Shown: one piece after another, positions 1 through 12,790 of the stretch
Layout of the letters: each line of letters begins with the position of its first letter
Position numbering within the stretch: position 1 is the first letter of the stretch
Assembly: GCF_004010195.1 (NCBI RefSeq)
Contig: NC_057718.1
Span: 87,168,139 to 87,232,138, forward strand
Source of the DNA: Chiloscyllium plagiosum
Taxonomy: Eukaryota
Direction of reading: 5' to 3'
Length of the DNA: 64,000 bases
The notes under the pieces: model-generated
What the model was told of the DNA's origin: nothing
Databases searched by the model: none
The model's input: only the letters and a program-made list of their open reading frames with translations
Translations under genes and position numbers: made by a program

Positions 1-439
1 TCTCCTCCAGATCCGAACTCCAACCCACCAGACCTGACCCAAACTGACTCCACCCAAACCCCTAACACCCATTCCCAACCTTGCCTAATTAGCCCCCTGC
101 CCACTTATGTACCTGCTGCCCTAACTCTCCTGTTACTTTGTCCCCCTACTCACCCTTGCCACCTTAACAGCCTTGCCACCCTGCCATCCAGCCCAATCTT
201 CCATCCTATTCGCCTTGCTACCCTAACTTAACCTGCCATTATGTGTTGATGGTTGCTCTGCTTCGAAGTATTGTAAGAGTGGTATAATGAAGGCTCCAAC
301 CATAACTTCACTGCTTTTCAATCCTATACCTCTAGAAAGTATCACAGCATTTCATTTGTTATTTTACACTGTATTTGCAAGCGAAATAAATATAGAAGTC
401 AGAAAGTCATTATTGTTAAATAATTGAAATGTGGAATTG

Positions 440-995
440 ATGAGGTCAGATCTGGAATACTCAGAACAAGTAGGCATCATTAGGTATTTTTTAATAAATG
501 TCATAAATATGATAGAGGCAGTTAAGAGTATTATTGCTCAACATGAGATGATCTTATGAGGATAAAGTAGACATGCTGGGGCTCTTTCCATTGGAGTTTA
601 GTAGAATGAGATATGCTATTATTGAGTCACACAAGATCCTGAGAAGAGTAGACAGAATTGATTCTGAAAAGATGCTTTCCCTCATGAAAGAGATTAGAAC
701 TAGGGATACCATTTAAAAATAAGTGCATTCCCATTAAGATGGAGATGACGAAGATTTTATTTTTATTGGGGGTTGAGAGTCTTTGGAACTCTCTATCCCA
801 AAGATTGATGTGGACAGAATCATCGAATATTTTTAGGACAGAGGTAAGTAGATTCTTGACTTACAAGGGAGTATTATGGATAGGTGAGAATGTGAAGTTG
901 AGACTGTAATCAGATCAGCCATGATCGTATTGAATAGTGGAGTAGGCTAGAGGGGCTGAATGGCCTGCTCCTGATTCTAATTTATATGTTCATAT
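440..995 (+). mobile_element. Old CR1 LINE 3' fragment
   Basis: Decayed RT C-terminus (gatctggaatactc..., agaatgag...attgagtcacacaagatcctg) and CR1-type 3' tail. Confidence 0.75.
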
Positions 996-1277
996 ATTTA
1001 CAGCACAGACACTGGGTATTCAGTTCAACAAGTGCATGCTAGTGTTTTTACTTTATAATTCAGTATTGCTATTTTCGTGATTTGTATGTGAACCTCTCAA
1101 TTCATTTGCTCTTATTGCTCTTACTGTTGTTTTCCAAGTAGCTATATGGCTTTTTTACATTGCCTCACAAATGGCTGCACCTCATACACTAATATTAAAA
1201 TTAACTTTCCAATTATGCACCCATTTTGCAAGTCTATTAATGTCTCCTGTAACACATATTCTTCTGTACCAATACAG

Positions 1278-1371
1278 GGTCAAAACAACACAATTATGTC
1301 AAAACTATCCTGCAGGAAATTTGGAATTTACTGGAATCAGACGTAGAGAATAATGCCTCGTACTTACTTAG
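1278..1371 (+). CDS. ADGB: Androglobin exon (first in window); displaced globin helices A-B, (G)SKQHNYVKTILQEIWNLLESDVENNASYLL(R)
   Basis: acag acceptor, gtatga donor; 94 nt, phase 1 to phase 2, in frame with next exon; resembles remembered human ADGB GTKENISVADTLQKVWAVLEMNLEQYAVSLLR. Confidence 0.88.
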
Positions 1372-2739
1372 GTATGATCCACTGAACACAACTGTGACGT
1401 TCAGATCTCCAAAGATGTTTCTTGAAATCTTGCTCATAATTATTATTTACTATGAAATGTACTTAGAAATGTAAATTGTCTAATCAAAGGTGCTATGGAT
1501 CCACATGGATAGGAGAGGATGTGATTGATGGTGATTAAAATAGAAGCCCAGATTTTAATTCAGGAGCAGTTTCGTGGTTAGGTAATCAGAAACTGGGTTT
1601 ATGTTAGTCCCCCAAAGCATTTAATTGATTTACAGAGGTTTTTCAATTTTTTGGCTGCGGCCTTCTAGATTGAGAGGCTTAACTGATTTCGAAGCACCAA
1701 GATTTAGCCAGAGAGTAGGCAGGGTGAAGGGAGAGCCGATGAATTAGGAACTTTGCATCAATAGGGAATATCAATGCTTTGGAGACACACACTGGAGTGC
1801 GCGGAATGAGGCTTAACAAAGATGACATCAGGTGGGGTGGCTGGATATTACAGTTGGGGGTGAATGGCATGAAACCAGATTGTTGATGAGCCAGAGACAG
1901 TGATGAATCTAGATGGAAAATATACAAAGAATGAGGAAGATTTAGAGACACAGATGTGAGAGCAAATAAGCTAGATTTAGCAGAGGGGCTGGAAGGCATT
2001 TGTGTGCTGGATACAGTAGTCTTCATCTCCTTTTAGATGCCGTATTTTCTAATGCTTCATTTTAATATTTATGCGATCAACATGCCTCCTGGGAGCGGAA
2101 TAATCATTGATGCTCTGTTCCATCTTATTTAAACCATAAATTGGAGGGCTGGGGTCAGGGTTGAGATTTGTAATAATTTTATCCGTCACCTGACAAGTCA
2201 GACATGTTTTTTAGTTGAAATTCCCATCTAAAAGATAGAAATGGGTCACTGGTGTGGCAATATAATCATTGCTTGTAAATCAATTTATGTTTGTGGAAAT
2301 GTTCCTTCAATGGTGTGCCATTTAACCAGAGTATCTACAAATGCCAAGGCTGTCCACAGCAGTAATGTGTTTACCAAACAATGTTGAATATTTTACCGGA
2401 ATTATTGGCTTGTTGAAATCCTTTCAATAATTCTATTCTTGTAGGTTTTAATTAGGTGACATAGGAGTTTTGTAAAGGTAAAATTATACTTGTTTAAATT
2501 ATTAGAAACACAGCATTTTCATGATTCTGTGGTGCCTGAATCTACACATAGCTTATGGTTTTTGGTGTTGGAGAATTTAAACAGTTTGATACTTCACGTT
2601 TCTGAACATGATAGGGAAGAATGAGTAGGAATGGAAAGAGATGATGTCTAGTAATCTTCTGAATGGTCAAGCTGGAGATCTTCACGACTCAGTAAGATTT
2701 AAAGTGCGGAGAGAACCAAAAAATATGACAAAGATAAGA

Positions 2740-3440
2740 TAGAAATTCTGTAATGCTTTTCACGGTGACAAGCCTTCCCAAATCATTCAATATCCAATTA
2801 AGTACTTTTGAAGTGTTATCACTTATGTAAAATAGAAACTATGACAGCCTGTTGGCACTGAACACTGAAAAAAACAATGTGATAATAGCCAAAATCTGTT
2901 TTAGATATTGATTGAGGGCTACATATTGGTTCAAATCACCGGATTTTCTGTGCTCTTAAAAGTAGAACTGTGACGTCTTTTTCTATCTAAGAGGCCATCT
3001 GAATCCTCAACTTAACATTGCATCTGAGAAACCACTGGGTGGCACGGTGGTTCAGTTGTTAGCATTGCTGCCTCATAGCATCAGAGATCCAGGTTCAATT
3101 CCAGCCTTGGGTGACTGTCTGTATAGAGATTGCACATTCTGTCTGTGTGGGTTTCCTCCCACAGTCCAAAGATGTGCGGGTCAGGTGAATTGGCCATGCT
3201 AAATTACCCAGAGTGTTAGGTGAATTAGTCAGAGGGAAATAGGACTGGGTGGGTTACTCTTCGGAGTGTCGGTGTGGACTTGTTGGGCCGAAGGGCCTGT
3301 TTCCACACTGTAGAGAATCTAATCATATCCAACAGCACAGCATTCTTTCACTATCAGCCTGGATTTTGCAATTAAATCTCTGGAGTGGAGCTTTGTCTCA
3401 CAACCTTCTAGCTACCCTGACTTAAGAAGGTTTCATTTTA
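2740..3440 (-). mobile_element. Old conserved-domain (Deu/SacSINE-like) SINE remnant interrupted by an HE1 SINE
   Basis: Similar decayed copies near 34740-35060 and 36660-37090; family assignment from memory. Confidence 0.45.
3037..3324 (+). mobile_element. HE1-like tRNA-derived SINE
   Basis: gggtggcacggtggttcagttgttagc head, B-box ggttcaattcc, CR1-derived tail gggccgaagggcctgtttccacactgta, aatct repeat end. Confidence 0.85.
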
Positions 3441-4785
3441 CGAAATTGCCATCTCAGTTGTATCTGCTCCTACATCCAGACTTACATGATCAGTAATGAT
3501 GATTCATGCGTTGAAGTTCTGCTCACTATCGATTGGAGACATCATTGTGATAAGAAATTATGCAATTCATTGCTGTATCCTGGAAATAACAGGTTGCCTT
3601 TATGTAGATTCGACACCATTGTTAAACTGTAGGTCAAAGAACAAGTACAGATGAGGAAAGCCACAAAGCCACTTAGAAAATCCAATCACCACATCTAACT
3701 AGGTGAAGGATTCTAAATTTGTGTCATTCTATAAATTAGTCATTCATTGTTTAAAGAAGATTTATCAAATAATCTTCTATATTGTTGCTTTGATTCTGTA
3801 TCCCCATGTTGTCACGTACAGTTTAGTCTGATGCACCATTCTGGATCTACAGCGTTATAGCACATATTAGCCTTATTGTGTCACCTCTTGCTCACATTAT
3901 TCCAAAACTAGGACGCCCAATTTTCTGCAGTGTGTCCATTTAATCCTGTCCTCTAGCATGGGCATTTTTTTTAATCTCATCTTTAGACTCTTTGTGTCTA
4001 CAATTTTGCTAACTGTTCTCAAAAGGAAGGCATCTTCTCAATAGTTCATTGAGTTCTTTTGTTAGTAAGCAAAACTGGAGAAAGATAATTTCCATAACTA
4101 TTATTTTGTTCCTTCATAAATGAATGGTACATTAATAGAAACAATAAAAGGGACAGTGTTCATGATTTGTGCTTATTTTATGTTCTTGATATTTTCTAAA
4201 CAGCCTGTTCAGTAATGTTATTACACACCTCTGAAGCAGGTGGGACTTGTGTAATAACCAAGAAGAGTAATTGCACTTGCCCCGTAATCAATCACATCAC
4301 AAAACAGATGACTGATTGATAGTGCACTAGAACTAATATGCTGTTAAGGCTGTGTAAGTTAGTATTGTTCTTATAATGTTAGAATTCAAAAATAAATAGA
4401 CTTACTGAGGAACAAAATAGTGAGATGTAGGCTTGTTTCTCCTGCCTCTTAGCTGGATATTTTACTGCAATAGCTAATGTGAGCAAATATTTGGCTAAGT
4501 AGATACAACAAAATGAGTTAATGACCTCCAATATGTTCAGAGAAATTTTAAAGGCTTTGGTGGCATTAAAAGCATAGGGTGCAAACTGCCCAGCCTGCTG
4601 CTATCAAGAATTGAAGTATTGACAGGGCCTTGAAGCTATTGTTGCATTGCTGAGAAAGATCAAAAGTGTTGGTTAGCATTCATTCCCTCAAAAGATTTTT
4701 TAAAAAATAAGACCCCCCCAGTTCTTTTCTATGTATGTGCAAACATGGAATGTGTTTCATATCCATTTTCCTTTTGATCTTCCAG

Positions 4786-4920
4786 GTACATGCTTAATTT
4801 AAGTCCAAAACTGGCAAAACTGTATCCATTTTATGAAGATGAATGGTGTCGAACAGTATATGCAGATTACACAACCACATACAATGATCAGCCTCCCAAT
4901 TCCTGGTTTGTGGTATTCAG
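4786..4920 (+). CDS. ADGB: Androglobin exon, (R)YMLNLSPKLAKLYPFYEDEWCRTVYADYTTTYNDQPPNSWFVVF(R)
   Basis: Pyrimidine tract + ccag, donor gtatga; 135 nt, phase 2-2; ADY...QPPNSWF motif as in ADGB. Confidence 0.93.
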
Positions 4921-5161
4921 GTATGAATAGAAGTTGCACTCTTTGATCCTGGTAACTTTCCCAAGAGATTAATCTGTGCACTTGCAGAAAACTACTTTCT
5001 ATCACAAGGATTAGCAAGTGATTCTTTTCCATTCATTGGCCTTTTAAGTCAGTGATTACTAATAATTCCATTCATTACTATGTGTCTGTTCCAGTATTAT
5101 AGAAAGTCGATTTTAATTGAACTACAAGTAATGTACTTGCACTGGGCAATAAAACAAATCT

Positions 5162-5319
5162 TTGAAATCGACGTTTCGAGCAAAAGCCCTTCATCAGGAA
5201 GGGCTTTGGCCCGAAACGTCGATTTCAAAGCTCCTTGGATGCTGCCTAAACTGCTGTGCTCTTCCAGCACCACTAATCCAGAATCTGGTTTCCAGCATCT
5301 GCAGTCATTGTTTTTACCT
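5162..5319. mobile_element. Short Penelope-derived insertion with terminal palindrome and hammerhead core
   Basis: 14-bp TSD aataaaacaaatct (5148-5161, 5320-5333); palindrome 5160-5230; minus-strand CTGATGA-A-GGGC-TTTT-GCTC-GAAACGTC. Confidence 0.8.
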
Positions 5320-5804
5320 AATAAAACAAATCTAATTTGTTTGAAAATAAAAATTGTGCAAGTGTTACATGCAAAATGTGGCACATGACCAAGGTGTGAT
5401 CACTTTTATATCTGGTTTTCACAAGATAATTTCATCAGGAAGCCCTCCAGACCACCTTGGTTCAACCAGTTAGAAAAATGTTAACGGTTCCCAGTTGCTT
5501 CTTAAATGATTCTAGGCTTTTGCCTCTACTATTCTATTTTGAAATTTAATCCCTACCTCTATATGACTGTTGAAAGGCCCAGAGAAATCAAAAAGGTAAG
5601 TATTTTATTCATTTGGAAAATTTATGATTTGTTTTAACAGCACAGCAGAACCAATACATATATAAAAATATAGAGTTAGAGTAGCACTGTCTTGTCTTTC
5701 ACACGTGTAAATGTTGTTTCTATCAATAAGGGCAATTTAAGCAGGACCTGCAATTTGAAGGAAAATCTCAACAAAATGATTGCTTAAGTGACTCAGAGCA
5801 ACTC

Positions 5805-6021
5805 CAGGTGTCCCCTGCTTTTCAAAAGTTCACTTTTTGCCATTTCACTTTTACGAAAGACCTACATTAATACTGTTTTTGCTCACTGAAAGAAATCCAA
5901 AGAGGATTTTTGCTTTTACGGAAAAAATTGTACCACTGTAATTGCTTCTTCGCTTTACGCCATTTCAGCTTACAAAAGGTTTCATAGGAACGCTCTACTT
6001 TTGGATAGCGAGGAAAACCTG
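5805..6021. mobile_element. Tigger/pogo-like MITE (old)
   Basis: Imperfect TIRs caggtgtcccctgcttttcaaaagt / acttttggatagcgaggaaaacctg followed by TA. Confidence 0.6.
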
Positions 6022-6106
6022 TATCAGTATTTAAGAATCAAACTCTTTCAATCAAATTTTCATCACTTTCTTGGAAATGCAAGTTGGGCCATGTCCAACT
6101 ATCACA

Positions 6107-6300
6107 TTAGATTAGATTACCTACAGTGTGGGAACAGGCCCTTCTGCCCAACCAGTCCACACCGACCCTCCGAAGATTAACCCACCCAGACACAGGGAGA
6201 ATGTGCAAACTCCACACAGACAGTTGCCTGAGGCTGGAATCGAATCTGGGACCCTGATACTGTGAGGCAGCAGTGCTAACCACTGAGCACCATGCCACCC
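6107..6300 (-). mobile_element. HE1-like SINE, internally deleted
   Basis: Reverse complement of HE1 head and tail, middle missing. Confidence 0.8.
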
Positions 6301-7214
6301 TAAGTTATGAATGAGCTCACATGCACATTTTTCACTACAGGTGGAGGCAACAGTTGAGGTTGGCACAACCTGAAGCAACTCAGCAAGCTACACTCCCCAA
6401 CCTTTTTCCATGCCCTGCAAAATGTTTCTTCCTCCAATAATTATCCAATACACTTTTGAAAACCACAACTGGATCTGTCAAGCATATGTCGGCCATAACT
6501 ACTCATGGCACCATTAGCTCTTTTGCCATTGACCTTAAAATTAATGTGATCTGGTACTCAACTTTTTTTTAAAAACGAGAACAGTTTCTACCTAGCTACT
6601 CTGTCCAAATCCCTCGTGATTTTTAACATTGCTATAAACTCTGTCAGCATTTGTTTTCTAAAGAAAACAGACCAAGCTTCTCAACTCTATCCTTGTAACT
6701 CTGGAAACACCTTGGTTAGTCATTTCTGTATTTTGTTTTCTAGTGTCTTTATGTCATTCTTAAAGTGTGCTGCACAAAATTATACACAATATTCCATTGA
6801 GGCTGGATCAATTTTTATAAAGTGTCACCATAATCTCCTTTTGCGCTCTGCACATATGTATAAAGCGCAGAATCCAATGAATCAGCTCGGCTTTCTCAGC
6901 AAACCCTGCCATAAATAGTGCTTATATGTTCCCAAGTTCCTCTGTTCCTGCCCCTTTATTAGGATTCGATTTTATCGTCATATGTACTCAACTCCAGGAA
7001 TACAATGAAAAGTATACAAAGTCACTGTTCTGCGGCTCCATCTTCAAAAACAAAATATAAAAATCAGAATTTTTTTTTAAAAAAGATAAAAAAGAAACAG
7101 AGCCAAAAGAAAAACAAAACTCATCCAGATCTTAAAGCTCTTATCCAAATGAAAAGGAAAAAGTCCAATTTTAAAGTCTAATCTCCTGGACCTAATGATG
7201 GGAGTTGATTGAGA

Positions 7215-7812
7215 AGGTGCTGGCCTAGTGGTATTTATCCCTAGGCTATAATCTAGAAACTCAGCTCATGTTCTCGGGACCTGAATTCGAATCCCGCTGC
7301 AGCAGATGATGGGATTTTAATTTGATTATAAAAACTCTGGAATTAAGATCCATTGACGATCATGAAACCATTATCGATTGCCAGCAAAAACCCCATCTCG
7401 TTCACTAATGTCCTTGAGGGAAGGAAATCCTCAACTGGTCTGGCCTACCTGTGACTCCACACCCACAGAAACGTGGTTGACTCTCAATTGCCCTTGCCAA
7501 TAACTACAAAGTCTCATGGAAATAAAACTGGCCAAATCACCTGGCATTGACCAAGGCACCAGAAAAGGCAGTGACAGAAACACCCCTGTGGACTCTGCGA
7601 AGTCCTCCTTATTAACATCTGATGGCTAGCGTCAAAATTGGGAGAGCTGTCTCACAAACTAGTCAAGTAACAACCTGTTATTGTCATATTCATGGAATCA
7701 TATCTTAACAGACAATGTCCCAGACACCACTATCACCGTCCCTAGACATGTCCTGTCGCATTGGCAGGACTGACCCAGCAGAAATGGCAGCACAGTGGTA
7801 TACAGTCGGGAT
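7215..7812 (+). mobile_element. 5' part of a non-LTR element: tRNA-like head, UTR and start of APE endonuclease
   Basis: A-box tggcctagtgg 7221, B-box-like attcgaatccc 7285; decayed KLGELSHKLVK..P.IVI.MESYL; same body at 20205-20640. Confidence 0.7.
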
Positions 7813-7906
7813 CAGAGTACCACGTAGGCCATTTAGGACTGAGATGACGACTAATTTCTTCATCCAGAGTGGTGAGCCTATGTGGAATTCTTTGCCACAA
7901 ACAAGT

Positions 7907-7988
7907 AGTAGTGTGGCCGAGTGGTCTAAGGCGCTGAACTCAAATTCCCGTCTCAGTTGAGGTGTGGGTTCCAACCCCAGCAATCCAA
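7907..7988 (+). pseudogene. tRNA-Leu-derived sequence (nominal anticodon CAA at 7941-7943), probably non-functional
   Basis: TGGCCGAGTGGTCTAAGGCGCTG D-arm, long variable arm, GTGGGTTCCAACCCCA T-arm; acceptor and anticodon stems mispaired. Confidence 0.75.
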
Positions 7989-8090
7989 TCGTACTGGCAG
8001 CCCATTCCTTCGCTGCTTTAGATTTTCCTTGCTGCCTGAATCATGCGCTGCTATGCACCATCTTGCTCAAGATGTTTCCACACTTCTTTC

Positions 8091-8380
8091 GGGTGGCATG
8101 GTGGCTCAGTGGTTAGTACTGCTGCCTCACAGCACCAGGGTCCCAGGTTCGATTCCAGCCTCAGGTGATTGTCTGTATGGAGTTTGCACGTTCTCTGCGT
8201 GGGTTTGCTCCGGTTTCCTCCCACAGTTCAAAGATGTGCGGGTCAGGTGAATTGCCCATGCTAAGTTGCCCATGGTGTTAGGTGCATTGGCTAGAGTGAA
8301 ATGGGTCTGGGTGGGTTAATGTTCAGAGGGTCGGGTTGGGCTGAAGGGCCTGTTTCCACACTGTAGGTAGTCTAATCTAA
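8091..8380 (+). mobile_element. HE1-like SINE, near full length
   Basis: Canonical head, body and ctaatctaa tail. Confidence 0.85.
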
Positions 8381-10783
8381 GTGGTTAAGGTGTAAGCATT
8401 AAGTGTTTTGAAGTAGCAATAGCTCTTAGAGCTAAAGGGATCAAAAGGTATGAGGATAAGGAATTACAGAATACTGAGTTGGGTAATCCGCCAGGATTGA
8501 TCATATTGAATGGTGGAGCAGGTTTAAAGGGCCAATTGGCCTACTTCTGCTCTGATATTCTATGTTTCCTCTTGAGGTCGATCACTATTCCCTTGTTTAC
8601 ACTGCTGGTCACCCATTTTCTTAAACAATACGCAGGAGCCGCCTGGCTTCCACAAATGTTTATTTGCGTTTTATATATATTTTATATTTTATTGAAAAAG
8701 GTCCAGAATGCCCTTTCTGCTATTTGATTAGCTCCCTCTACTGGCAGAAACCAGCCCTTAAAAATATGTATTCCAATGATCATCAACTACTCTCTATTTT
8801 CTCTGGAGCTTGTCCTGTTTCGTTGTTAAAGGGACCATCATTTACAGCATTGTTACTCCTAATCATTCATAATAATCCCAAGGTTTCTGTCACAACAACT
8901 TTTAAAATTGTGTTCTGCACACCAAAGTCTAAGTCATTGAAGTACATCAGTAAAAGCAGTTATCCTCGTACCAATGGCTCGAGACGCAGCTACATCCCCA
9001 CCTCCACTTTAAAATCAACCAGTCACCACTATCCTTCAATTCTTTACACTTAGTGAACTTTCTATTCATTCTACCACTTCATTTTTAATTCCATGGGCTG
9101 TGATATTTGTTGAAGGTCAGTGTGGGAGAGAGAAGGAAAGAGAGATTAAGGCAATAGTTGATAGTGGCAAAACAAAATACAGAAGTTATCTTTGTGCACT
9201 AAGAAGTTCCTAGAGCTGTGAGCTGTTGGCTGAGAGAACCAGACACAATCACCCTTGGCATGGTCTAGCTAAATCTAAAAATGAATGAATAAAAAAGTTG
9301 TGTGCCATCTCGAAATACCTATGCCTTGGGCTCAATGACTGAAGATGGGAACTAGGTTAACGATTGGGATAGGAGGGAGCAAACATTCTCCTTTTCACTT
9401 GTTCAGTCAAATTGACTCGTGCAAAAATGATCAGTTTGACCCCAAGTCGAAGTCTGCACATTAATCCTAGGAAATTGCAAATGAGATGCCTCCATAGCTA
9501 ATGTTAGGATCCAAAACCCTATTTACAAACCTTGATCGGACTAAAAAAAAAAATGCCCACTTAACTTTGGACAACTTCTACATAATCTGGGTGTTGGTGG
9601 TCACTGCATCAGGATTTCCACAGGGTCCGTACACACAATTTCAGTCCACATTGCTACAGCAATAATCGGGCCATCAGAATATCTGAGCTATTACTATGTT
9701 GACAGCCCTAAATTCTCAGCATTGGAGCTCAGAAGTAGAAACCATCCATGTTTGGAGCTAATGTCAGGATGGGACTTAGATGATGAATCAGAGAGAACTG
9801 GAATGGAACTCTAAAATATTGCAGCACAGTACAGAGTCAATGAGACAAGTCTAGTGAAGAATAGGGTACTTCACTAATTTAAGGGAATCCAACCAAATTT
9901 GCAATTGTGGCTGGTAACAACATGGCATTAAATGCTATTTAAGTCAAGCAATCTTACCTCACTATTGTCCCTATCTCTGAGCCAGGAGACGCAGCTTCAA
10001 GTCCCACCTGTTTCAGAGATGTGTAGCATCATCTCTGAAAAGGTTGATTCAAAAATATTTCCCTCTGTTCTGCCTTGCCTCTCAGAAGTTACTACATTGT
10101 GGACCTCTAGGATCACAAATCCCTGGAGAGCAAGTTTACAATGATTGATACTTTTAATTTGTTGACTGAATTGATCCTTTGCCATAATTCCCAACCCAAC
10201 AAAGTAAAGGTCTGTGATTCAAACAACAGTCCAGTCGCAGGGAGTGTCATTACTAGTTTTTCACTAAAAGTGAAGTTTGGAAGAGTAGGAATAGCGCTAG
10301 ATTTAAAGGCCAATAACCTATCTATTCTGCTTTAATAATCAAAGAGAGAATATATGTTTGACTGTAATATGTTGATAGTTTAAAAATATCAAAGTTTACC
10401 TGTATTAATTGGTTATCAAAGATGAAATCCAAAATTTAAGTACAAATCTGATGCAATTAGATTGTAATCATCATTTTATACAGAATGTTTTATTATCTTT
10501 TGGTCAGTTCTTATTTCAGTGATTAGTTTCTTATTGTAAAATGTTTGCAGATGCAATATATTCTATTTTTCAGTTTTTCGCTCTCTCAAGAAACATGTAA
10601 ATTACCTTGTGAACTCGGTCTGCCATCCTATTAATCTGTCTCACAAATTCTTTATGTTTAAAAAAAACTTCGCGAATTTTTTTTTTGCTATTTACTTCCA
10701 AGTCCAATATTTGTCCTTTTTGTTCCCTTTGTTTTCACTTTGCTATGCTTTAACTACCTAACTGAACTTTGTTATGTCTACAG

Positions 10784-10937
10784 AGAGGTGTTTAATATCC
10801 CTAAAGACATGCTGATTGTGCCAAAGATTTACTCTGCACTGACCACTTGCGTTCTTCATGTGGTCAATAATGATACAGGAGAAGAAATACCCAGGGTTTT
10901 TCAAAAAGTAGCTCCTTATACATATAAAAAAAATTTG
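10784..10937 (+). CDS. ADGB: Androglobin exon, EVFNIPKDMLIVPKIYSALTTCVLHVVNNDTGEEIPRVFQKVAPYTYKKNL
   Basis: ctacag acceptor, gtaagt donor; 154 nt, phase 2-0; LHVVNNDT..VFQKV motif. Confidence 0.95.
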
Positions 10938-11105
10938 GTAAGTCAATCTAGTAAATGGAGGTGTCATCCCCAATGTGTAATTTTGTTTGGAATTTGCTTC
11001 TCATTTCTTTGGTATTGTCCTTTGATTGTGCAGATATTTCATTCAAATTAGCAAAAACTCAATTATAAGTGGCTACCTAAAACTGCAAATTTTATTTTTA
11101 TTTAG

Positions 11106-11293
11106 AACGGCTATACATTCACAGCTGAAGCCCAGACAGGGAGTTTCCCAGTTCCCAGTGGTAAATGGAGATTACGTTTGTTTGGCTCCAGGCATCCTCT
11201 TCCTGTTCTGGCAAATGAAACTGTCAACAGCAGCTTTTCAATAAAGGAGATTAAGTCCTACTACATTCCAAATGACAAAAACATCATCTTCAG
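11106..11293 (+). CDS. ADGB: Androglobin exon, NGYTFTAEAQTGSFPVPSGKWRLRLFGS...SIKEIKSYYIPNDKNIIF(R)
   Basis: tttag acceptor, gtagtc donor; 188 nt, phase 0-2; GYTF.AEA, W.LRL.GS and YYIPNDK motifs. Confidence 0.95.
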
Positions 11294-12039
11294 GTAGTCA
11301 TAAGAAATTGCTTTGCAACTTAACATTACCATCTTGACACATCTTGAAAATAATCTTAAACTAGTCGCTGATTCCATTTCCTAAAATGAAAGTCTTGTGA
11401 AAAGTGACAGCTGGATGGAACTAAATGAATAGAATCGCTCAAGTACAAAGTGGTTTTAGTGCAAGATCAGAGTGATCCTCAGCTGGTGCATCCTGATATA
11501 CTGTTTATGAATTCCAACTGAAAGGAATGCAATTTACTTTTTTGACTTGAAGTAAGAATAGAATCGGTATTAGATTGCCCTGGTTGAAAAAATTAGTGAT
11601 TTTTGAAAAAAGGATATAGATAGTTTTTGAAGATTTTCTGACAGATAAAGTGATATAATCATAGAATGACGCCATCAGAAATGGAAGTAACTTGGTCTAC
11701 TATGTCTATAGTAGACATACTATATCTTTGATAGTGCTATCCATTTGCAATATTCTCTTGCTTTCCTCCTATGCTCTGTAAATCTTCCATTCAAGTACTT
11801 GTTCAATTCTCCTTTGAAAGTTTACTATCAAATTTGCTTGAAGCACATTCCTGGGCAGTGTGTTCCACGCAAGAAATACTTTCCTCATGTTATTTCTGTT
11901 TTTTGCATTTGTATCCTCCAATCACCACACCTTCTTCCACAACAGATTCTTCTTGTTTACCCTATGAGAACATTTCCTGATTTCAACACTTCTTTCAAAT
12001 ACTCCCTTGATGTCCTCTGCTTTGAAGCAGTTTGTGTCC

Positions 12040-12790
12040 AAATGTAGTGAGATAACTTTTAACGTGGACCGACAAGTGACAAGTAACATTTGTGCCACAT
12101 AGGTGCCATGCAATGGCCTTCTCGAATTTCAGAGAATCTAACCATCACTCCTTGATGTTCAATGGTATTACAATCACTGAATTCCCCAATATCAATATTC
12201 TGGGGGTTTCATTTGACCAGAAACTGGGCTGGACCGGATGAACACAAGAGCAGGTCAGATGCTAGGAAATTTCACCTCCTATCTCCCCCATGTCTGTCCA
12301 CATCTCCAAGGCACAAATGAGGAAGGTGCAAGAATACTTTCCACAAATCTGGAGCTCCAACAACACTCAAGAAGAGACCACTCAGGTCAAAGTATGCTGC
12401 TTGATTGGCACTCTATCAAAATTCAGTCCCTCCACCACAGATGTACAGTGGTAGCAATGCATACCATCTGCAAGATGTGCTGCAATAACTAACTAAGCCT
12501 CCTTCAAAGCACCTTCCAAACCTGTGGCCTCTACCACCTAGAAGGACAAGGGCATGTGGACACTCATTGCCTGGAATTTCCCTTCCATGTCCGATACACA
12601 CTATATCGCCATTCCATGACCATTGCTTGGTCAAAATCTCAGAACTCCAAACTCAACAGTCTGCAGTCTACATCCAAAGACTGGCAGTTTAAGAAGGCAA
12701 GTCACCATTACTTCCTCCGAGACAATTTGGGATGGGCAACAAATGCTGGCCTCGCCAGCAAATACTCACATCCTCTGAATGAATGGGGGA
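12040..12790 (+). mobile_element. 3' fragment of the LINE family seen at 20205-21900
   Basis: Decayed RT C-terminus and tail gatgggcaacaaatgctggcc...gaatgaat. Confidence 0.65.

Noticed and set aside
1..240. C-rich block resembling telomeric or G-quadruplex repeats
   Set aside because: Irregular low-complexity sequence without a CCCTAA array; truncated by the window edge
7907..7988. Functional tRNA-Leu(CAA) gene
   Set aside because: Acceptor and anticodon stems do not pair, the T-loop reads TTCCA, and it sits inside a CR1 remnant; kept as a pseudogene
9690..10330. Possible L1 ORF1 remnant on the minus strand (HNVVTSERQGRTEGNIF)
   Set aside because: Similarity too faint to support by eye
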